Source: Blastocladiella emersonii ATCC 22665
Lineage: Eukaryota > Fungi > Blastocladiomycota
DNA: 64,000 nucleotides
Direction of reading: 5' to 3'
Assembly (NCBI GenBank): GCA_025594325.1
Contig: JANHCV010000001.1
Coordinates: forward strand, 744,001 to 808,000
A model generated the notes under the pieces. That model saw only the letters and a program-made list of their open reading frames with translations. It was not told where the DNA came from and did not search any database. The position numbers and the translations under genes were made by a program. Below are positions 58,017 through 64,000 of the stretch, piece by piece. Position 1 is the stretch's first letter, and the number at the start of each line of letters is the position of its first letter.

Positions 58017-58094
58017 TTTCCCTTCTCTCCCCCTTTGTGTAAAACCCCATCATCAACTGTACAAGAACGGGAACTATCAAAACCCGCGTTTTTC

Positions 58095-58844
58095 TTACTC
58101 CATGGCAATGATCTTGGGCGACCCGTCGCCGTCCACGGACACCACCTCCTCGATGCCGCTGCCGGCGTCGGACGCGGGCGCGGCGGGCGCGGGTGGGATG
58201 CTGTGGATCGTAACGGTCGCCTTGGGCTCGTTGTCGTCGGCCGACCGCGCTGCGGGCGGAGGCGGGAGCGCTGCCGTACCCTTGCTCGAGGTGCCGGACA
58301 CGCGGCGAACGACGTACGAGATGCCGCGGACCACCTTGACGGTGATATAGCTCGCGCCGATGAACGCGGTACCTACATGCCGCGATCAGTCAGCGCGCGA
58401 AGCTCTCGCAGGGATCGGCGCACAGAATCGTACCGCCGACAACGATGCGGCCCGTCAACCGCGTGCGCTCGACAAACGTGTCGACGCGCTCGGGCGGGTA
58501 CACGAGGCACGCGAGGCGGTACCCGGCGCGCGTCCGGTACATGGCGTACGACGTGCCCGTCGTCAGCGCCGCCACCAGGAGCTTGCCGGCGGCGGAGCCC
58601 TACGCGATCGCATGGGAAGTTGTCAGCGTCAACGGGCGAGAGCGCAGACAGCGGGTGTGGACAGTACGATCGCGTTGCCGAACCCGTGGCCGACGCCGAC
58701 CAGGAACGCCATGAACCAGCTCGGCTTCTTGGGCTCGGCCGGCGCCGCCGCGACCGCCGTCGTCGAGGACGGAGTCGTGGCGGTGGCGGCGGGCTTCGTC
58801 TTGCCCGATGCAGCGGGTTTCGTGATGCGGTCGGCGCGCGGCAT
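58095..58844 (-). CDS. Small 3-exon probable membrane protein of unknown function
   Basis: MPRADRITKP...WFMAFLVGVGHGFGNAI|GSAAGKLLVAALTTG...GRIVVGG|TAFIGASYITVKVVRG; canonical GTAC..CTGAC..TAG introns. Confidence 0.65.
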
Positions 58845-60004
58845 GGTTGTTGATGCGTTGCAGGAACGGCGGGGTGGAGAGCGGAGAGCGGAGAGCGGGA
58901 AGAGAAAGCGACGAGTGGCTCAGAGCGCCGATCACTTTTCACGTTGGTCGCCGCTGTCGCGACTCGTCGCCCGTCCTCTCCTCTCTCAGCGACGACGCGG
59001 GGCACACTCCTCCTCGCTCTTGAGCAGCGGTATAGAGTAACACTGCGCAAGCGGGTGACGCAGGAGGGTGCGGGTCACAGTCGGCGTGGCCGCGGCACGG
59101 ACGCCGATGGCGACCTCTGCTCGTTCACGGCGACCATGGCCGCCCTTGGGAAGCCAACCGGTGACAGCACTTGACATCAGCCTGATCGTCGCGGGTCGGG
59201 GTAAGTTTGAAGAGCGCGCGGGTGGCGCGACGCGGTCGGCGGGGTGAGCGAGCGAGCGGCCGAGCGCGCGGCGCGCTCACGACTGACCCCCGCCTCCTCC
59301 CCTCCCGCTTGCCCCGCGACCTTATCATGATATAAGTCCATGCATCGCATTACCTAGACCCTCTTGCTCCTATCGCTGTGTCTTGCTTGCCCGGATTATG
59401 CTTTCGTGTCGCGCGCCGGGCCTACCGACGCGCGAGTCTGCCGCTGTGCGCCAAGTTTGACAGTCGCGACGCTTGAAATCAAGACGTCAGCTATGAGCGT
59501 CGATTTTTTGTACCAGCACCGACCGTGCATCGACGGCATGGCGCACGGACGGCATGTTTGGATCGTCGGCCAGCTCGTATCATGGTTTGAAACCCACGTA
59601 ACGCGTTGGTCCCGATCCTTGCCTAGGTGCGTACGTCTGAGCAGCTTGGGCGCGCCCAGTGTGGTGCTGAACCGCATTCCCCGAGTGTAGCGTGACGTGC
59701 TGCTGAACCGACCCTGCAACCCGACACATGCTCACTCGGTCGCATTCCCAAACGGAGGCAGCCGACTAATGCATGCCACTGGCTGGGTTGCCCTTCCAAA
59801 TGGTTGCGGCTGCGGTTCGCTCATCATCTCGGTCACTTGCTTCTGTGCGCTCGATTTCTGCGCGAGACTCGCGGACTCTCAGCACGGCGTCCAGCATATG
59901 GCCCCGTGGCGATCAGTTCGGCAGAGCCGCGGCACTCGGGCCAAACTTATCATCAACTCGCTAAACCTGTAAGACGCACTCCCAGCGATGGACTTTCATG
60001 TCGA

Positions 60005-60532
60005 GTACGCCTCGTTTCGTTCTCAACCGTCCGATCCCCGGCTAACACTCGCATCCGCGTCCTCGCGTAGCCATCGTCGGCGCCAAAACCGGATCCGACC
60101 TGCGACCTCGCGCACGCGCTGTTGGTCGCCGTGTTCTCGCTTCTCATTCGGCGCTTTCCGCTGCTGCTTGGTCTCATGCTCGTGATACTCGCGCGCTTCC
60201 CGCTGAATCTTCGCCGGCACTCTCAGCACGCGCTCGTCGCTCCCTCCCGCTCATTTGCGCACCGCTTCGGTCCCCTGATAACCGCGGGCAGGGACGGAGC
60301 GAGGGGCGCCGCGGGTTTGCCAGCGATGGCCGGGTGCGTGTCGGGGGCCACCGTGGTCCGTGCCACCGGGATAATCGCTGAACGAGATTTGACGGCTTTG
60401 CCAACATGGGCGCGTGCACGGGATCGCATGTCGCTTCGGTTCTTGGTCCGACGGTCGACATGTCGCGTCCCTCGCGCGGGTGTCGCTGTTTTGTTGATCG
60501 GCATGGATCATATACGAATGAATATTTGTTAA
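60005..60532 (+). pseudogene. Module gene W remnant (right copy)
   Basis: Intron 60005-60070 (GTACGC..CTAAC..TAG), then PSSAPKPDPTCDLAHALLVAVFSL...ALVAPSRSFAHRFGPLI. Confidence 0.55.
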
Positions 60533-60741
60533 GAAACGCTAGATCCCTGTTTTTAAGTAAAATTATCAAAATGAAGGAATGGATAGGGTCGGTCGCGCAG
60601 ATCTACGACCTCGCGATGGCCACGGTCACGGCCAACCGCTTCCTGTTGCTACCAGCCATCAACCTTCACAACTAGCTTCTGTCCGCGATGAGGACGCATC
60701 AATCAATACTTGGACCATGTAGCTCCGCGAAATGACACTAG

Positions 60742-60770
60742 ACCGGTTCAAGCTACTAGCTTGAACCGGT
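60742..60770. repeat. Perfect 14-bp inverted repeat with 1-nt spacer
   Basis: accggttcaagcta-c-tagcttgaaccggt. Confidence 0.9.
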
Positions 60771-61433
60771 TAGGCTAACCGCGTGGACCGGCGAGAGAGA
60801 ACGCTCGTCGCTTCTGAGATGTCAAAGTGCGAGGCCCACACTTCTGAAATTTCATGTATTGTGCATGTGACCAGCAGGCTTGCTAATAAATCGGGACTCT
60901 CGACTTGTTTCCGATCGTGGTGGCCCGAAGCGGCCACGATCACGGCCACGAAGCCTTGAGAGCAACCAAGGTCCGCGGGAATGATGAGAGCTGGGCCGAC
61001 ATCAGCGTGATTGCTCGTCGGCCGACCGATGAGCGAGGTACCGCGTTATCAGACAAGAGAGCTTGTTGAGGAGGATCGGCGAAGGTTCAAGCACGTTGTG
61101 GCGCGGGTTTCGCGACGTTCACCTCAGCGTGCGGAAACGCGACTTCGAGTCGAGGCGGCGCCGCGCGAAGCTGTGCGCTTCCTCTCCCTCCCTCTTGCTC
61201 CGGCTCTTCTCTCACGCCAGTCCACCGTGACTTGATGAAACTCATGAAGAAAACACGCACATCACGGAACGGTTCCGCCGCAGGAAACGTAGGTCCTTGT
61301 CGTGACTTGAGCGGATCGCGGCGGCAACCGGGCCTGACGAGCCGGCTTCCATGCGTAGCCTGCGCTGGCACGCTCCCAGCGTCAGCTGCGGCCTCCCACT
61401 GCGGCCGCGGAGGCCTCGGGTCCTGCGTCGCCC

Positions 61434-62961
61434 ATGGCTCAGCAGACGCTGGACCACATTCGCGCTGCACTCCCCGCTGAAGGGTCGATACCCGTTGGCG
61501 ATTCGGTAAACGGTTGCCAGTATATCGCCTACGCAGCTGCAAACCACATGATGTACGCCGCGTCGCTGTCGGGCGGGACGGAGAATCCGCACGTGGCCGC
61601 GCCGCCGCCGGGCAGCGCACAGCTCGCGCTCAAGGCCGTGTCCGAGACCGATGTGCTCAACCTCGATAACGCGCCGCAAGTGGTGCTCCATTTGCGCCAG
61701 CTGATGGTGACGGCGCCGAAAACCCCCCGTTGCGCCGCGAGGACGCGCGCTTCATGTAGTCCCAGGTGGAGCTCTTCATTGACAAGATCGAGCGGCAGCA
61801 GGCCAACGGCGACAGCGGCCGCGGCCGCGGCCGCGGTGCGGGTGACGCGGGCGCCGGTAGCATCCTCGTCGAGCGCAAGGGCAACGACAACGAGGTGGCC
61901 GAGGAGGAGGAGTCGCAGCAGCCGCAGGACCCGGACGTGACGCCCGCTCATTGTGCCTTTCTCACTTTGCTCGGGCGCAAGAACATGCACCTTCACGCGG
62001 CGGGTGTTGCGGTGCCGGCCGACGACTGGCCGCTGCTTCAGACCTTGACATCGGCGGTGCCAACGAACGTCTGTCGCGAGCAGCCAGTCTCGGCGCTCGA
62101 ACACGCGTCGACGCATGGGGCACACCTGCACAACGTGTTGCTGTGTGGTTTCGGGGTCCATGCCCGCGATTTCATGCGCACCGTCGCCGACAACCGCGTC
62201 GCCGGGTTTGGAAGTCGGTTCCTCGACGCCATGAAGACGCTTCTCGCGGCGTATCGTGGTCCCGATGCCCTTGCTCGACACGGTCTCGCCAACGGCGACG
62301 ACCACGCGCTCGTCATCGTCCTGTGGGACGCCAACACGGTGTCGGCGACGGCCGACCAGATCGCGGCCATAGACGAGCCGTGGTTCGACACGCATGTGTG
62401 CGCGAGTGCTGCCAAACAGGCCGAGGTACGCTCTTCCGAGGGCGAGCGTGACCTGCTCGACTGGGACTGACTTTGTACGACGCACGGTAGTGAAACGCCG
62501 TCACGGGCAAGCGCAGCAGCCGCATCAAGTCGCTCACGGTGGACGCCGAGCCGTCGGCGGCGCTCAAGCACCGCGTTCTCGCGCACGTCGCGGCGGCGCT
62601 CGGCTCGCCGCGCCCGCGGCCCGTGATCCTCATCTCGGACGGCACGATCTTCGACGGCGTCGAGGACACGGCGCGCCGCGAGCTCGGTCTGGACCGCCTG
62701 GTGGCGGCGGCGGGGAACGGCAGCGATGCCGACCGGTGGGTCCTGCAGGTGCGCACGCCGTTGGCCGCGACCGTGATCATGTCGTGGGCCCAGATGTGCC
62801 TCACGGACGGGCCCGACGAGGCCAAGGGCGAGTGGCGCGCGCGCGCCGCCGCGGCCGCGACCGAGGCATCGTCTCAGGCGTCCAAGAAGGCGACGTCCAA
62901 GAAGGCGACGTCCAAGAAGGCGACGTCCAAGAAGGTGTTGTCGGACGGCAACCGTCACTGA
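61434..62961 (+). pseudogene. Module gene X (right copy), inactivated
   Basis: Colinear with left X but has a 1-nt frameshift near 61,725, TAG at 61757-61759, and TGA at 62491-62493 where left X has TGG. Intron 62426-62490 is at the same position as in left X. Confidence 0.75.
62877..62934 (+). repeat. 15-bp tandem repeat encoding SKKAT x3-4
   Basis: aggcgacgtccaaga units visible. Confidence 0.85.
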
Positions 62962-63212
62962 ATGAAGAACTATTGTCCCCTTGTAAAGTCGCTCGCCTGA
63001 GTCGCAACGTCGTGAGCGCGGTGACGTAGTACGCTCATGCCGGCAGGCAGATGAAGCGGATCACGGTGGCCACGGCGACGGCGGCCGGGAGGGTTGGTGG
63101 TCCCACGCTGCTCCGTCGGCCGCGCCGGGTATAAAACGCGTTCCCGCTCCCGCCCTCCTGCTCTCCCTCTCTCCCACGACGATCTCTTCTATCAAGAACA
63201 CTCACTACCTGC

Positions 63213-64000
63213 TATGCATCAACCACCGTGCTCTCAACCGCCGCGGGCAACACCACCACCTTCAACTGCCCGCCGGCGCCCCAGTGCTTGACGCGCGAGG
63301 AGTTCGTTGCCGCCGCGTGCGTCTCGTCCTCGAGGCGTGCACAATCGCTCTCTGGAATCTCTAGCTGACGGGCTACCCCCCTTGTCTAGTGTCGAGGCCG
63401 GCCTCGACCCCATCTAGCTCCTGTCCGCCATCGCCGCGGCGCCGGCTAGCGCTCCGGACCGCGTGCCGGTGACGCGGCCCGTGCTAGAGAAACTACGAGG
63501 GCTCGTCCAGTTCACGGACCCCGAGATCGTCATCCCCGTGCACGTCCTCGACGCGGCGTGAACCGACGCGCTCGCCGCGACGCTGCGCACCCTGCCGTCG
63601 CCCGACGCGCCGTGCCGCTTCGACGCGACGGTGTACACGTTTGACGCGGGGTTCGCCGAGACGCACGGCATCGGCCCGGCCGCGGCGCACGGCGCTGATG
63701 ACGGCGGCGCACGGGTTCATGTGCGTGTCGAGGCGCCGCCCGTCAACGAGCTGTTCCCGCTACGTTCCGAAGGTCAAGCTGGTCGCGCAGCGTGGATCCG
63801 CAGCTTAGAACTCGCTCGTGCCACCAGGACCCGACTACGACGACCACAACGACGAGGAGTACACCAAGTACGACTACTTGGACGGACCCGGCACGAGCAC
63901 CGTCCAGGCGATCCCGTCGCCGTCGCCGTTTTCGCCACGGCAGCAACTCCAGCACTACCACCAGCAGCAGCACCACCACCATCTGCAGGCGGAGCCGTGG
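63213..64000 (+). pseudogene. Module gene Y (right copy), inactivated; runs to the window edge
   Basis: IVIPVHVLDAA*TDALAATL...FDATVYTFDAGFAETHGI aligns with left Y. TAG at 63415-63417, TGA at 63559-63561 (W in left copy), and the ATG is out of frame with the exon-1 reading frame. Confidence 0.7.

Noticed and set aside
61707-61759. 53-nt GT..AG intron that would rescue X'
   Set aside because: The segment aligns codon for codon with exon sequence of left X and lacks a CTRAC branch point; frameshift plus nonsense is the better explanation.
61434-63600. RIP as the cause of right-arm decay
   Set aside because: Only a few inferred transitions, in mixed dinucleotide contexts, plus indels; insufficient evidence.
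1-64000. CRISPR arrays, rRNA, tRNA, telomeric repeats, bacterial operons
   Set aside because: None seen; tandem repeats lack spacers and most genes have spliceosomal introns.

Overview
Gene-dense, GC-rich eukaryotic DNA with short spliceosomal introns (GTACG/GTGCG...CTRAC...YAG, mostly about 50-95 nt). Fungal-type housekeeping genes (LSM6, SAR1, TRS130, OCA4-like, HAP3, ERF2-like, SKP1-like, a USP deubiquitinase) sit alongside flagellar/centriolar genes (CEP89-like, DLEC1/CFAP81-like, WDR87/97-like, a possible PCM1-like gene). This points to a zoosporic fungus, probably Blastocladiomycota-like (inference). Bases 1-38.3 kb are mostly core genes, many in head-to-head pairs, plus a tandem pair of orphan F-box-like genes. 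Bases 38.4-48.3 kb and 59.1-64 kb are accessory: visibly less GC-rich, degenerate and repeat-containing. The main structural discovery is a three-gene module (W-X-Y) present twice in inverted orientation (about 42.8-47.05 kb on minus, about 60.0-64.0 kb on plus). The two copies bracket about 13 kb of host genes (SKP1-like, DHHC, DLEC1-like, a dynein-adaptor-like gene, a small membrane protein). X carries a degenerate PIN/NYN-like motif pattern, and the right-hand copies of X and Y are pseudogenised. Other highlights: a start codon split by an intron (LSM6); a USP ending in peroxisomal SKL; a DEUBAD protein with a RAMA-like domain; a tail-anchored CC1-box dynein adaptor; an F-box gene broken by an exact 11-bp tandem duplication; and ACGCGT (MCB-like) sites in most promoters. 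All family assignments come from motif recognition by eye; no searches were run.
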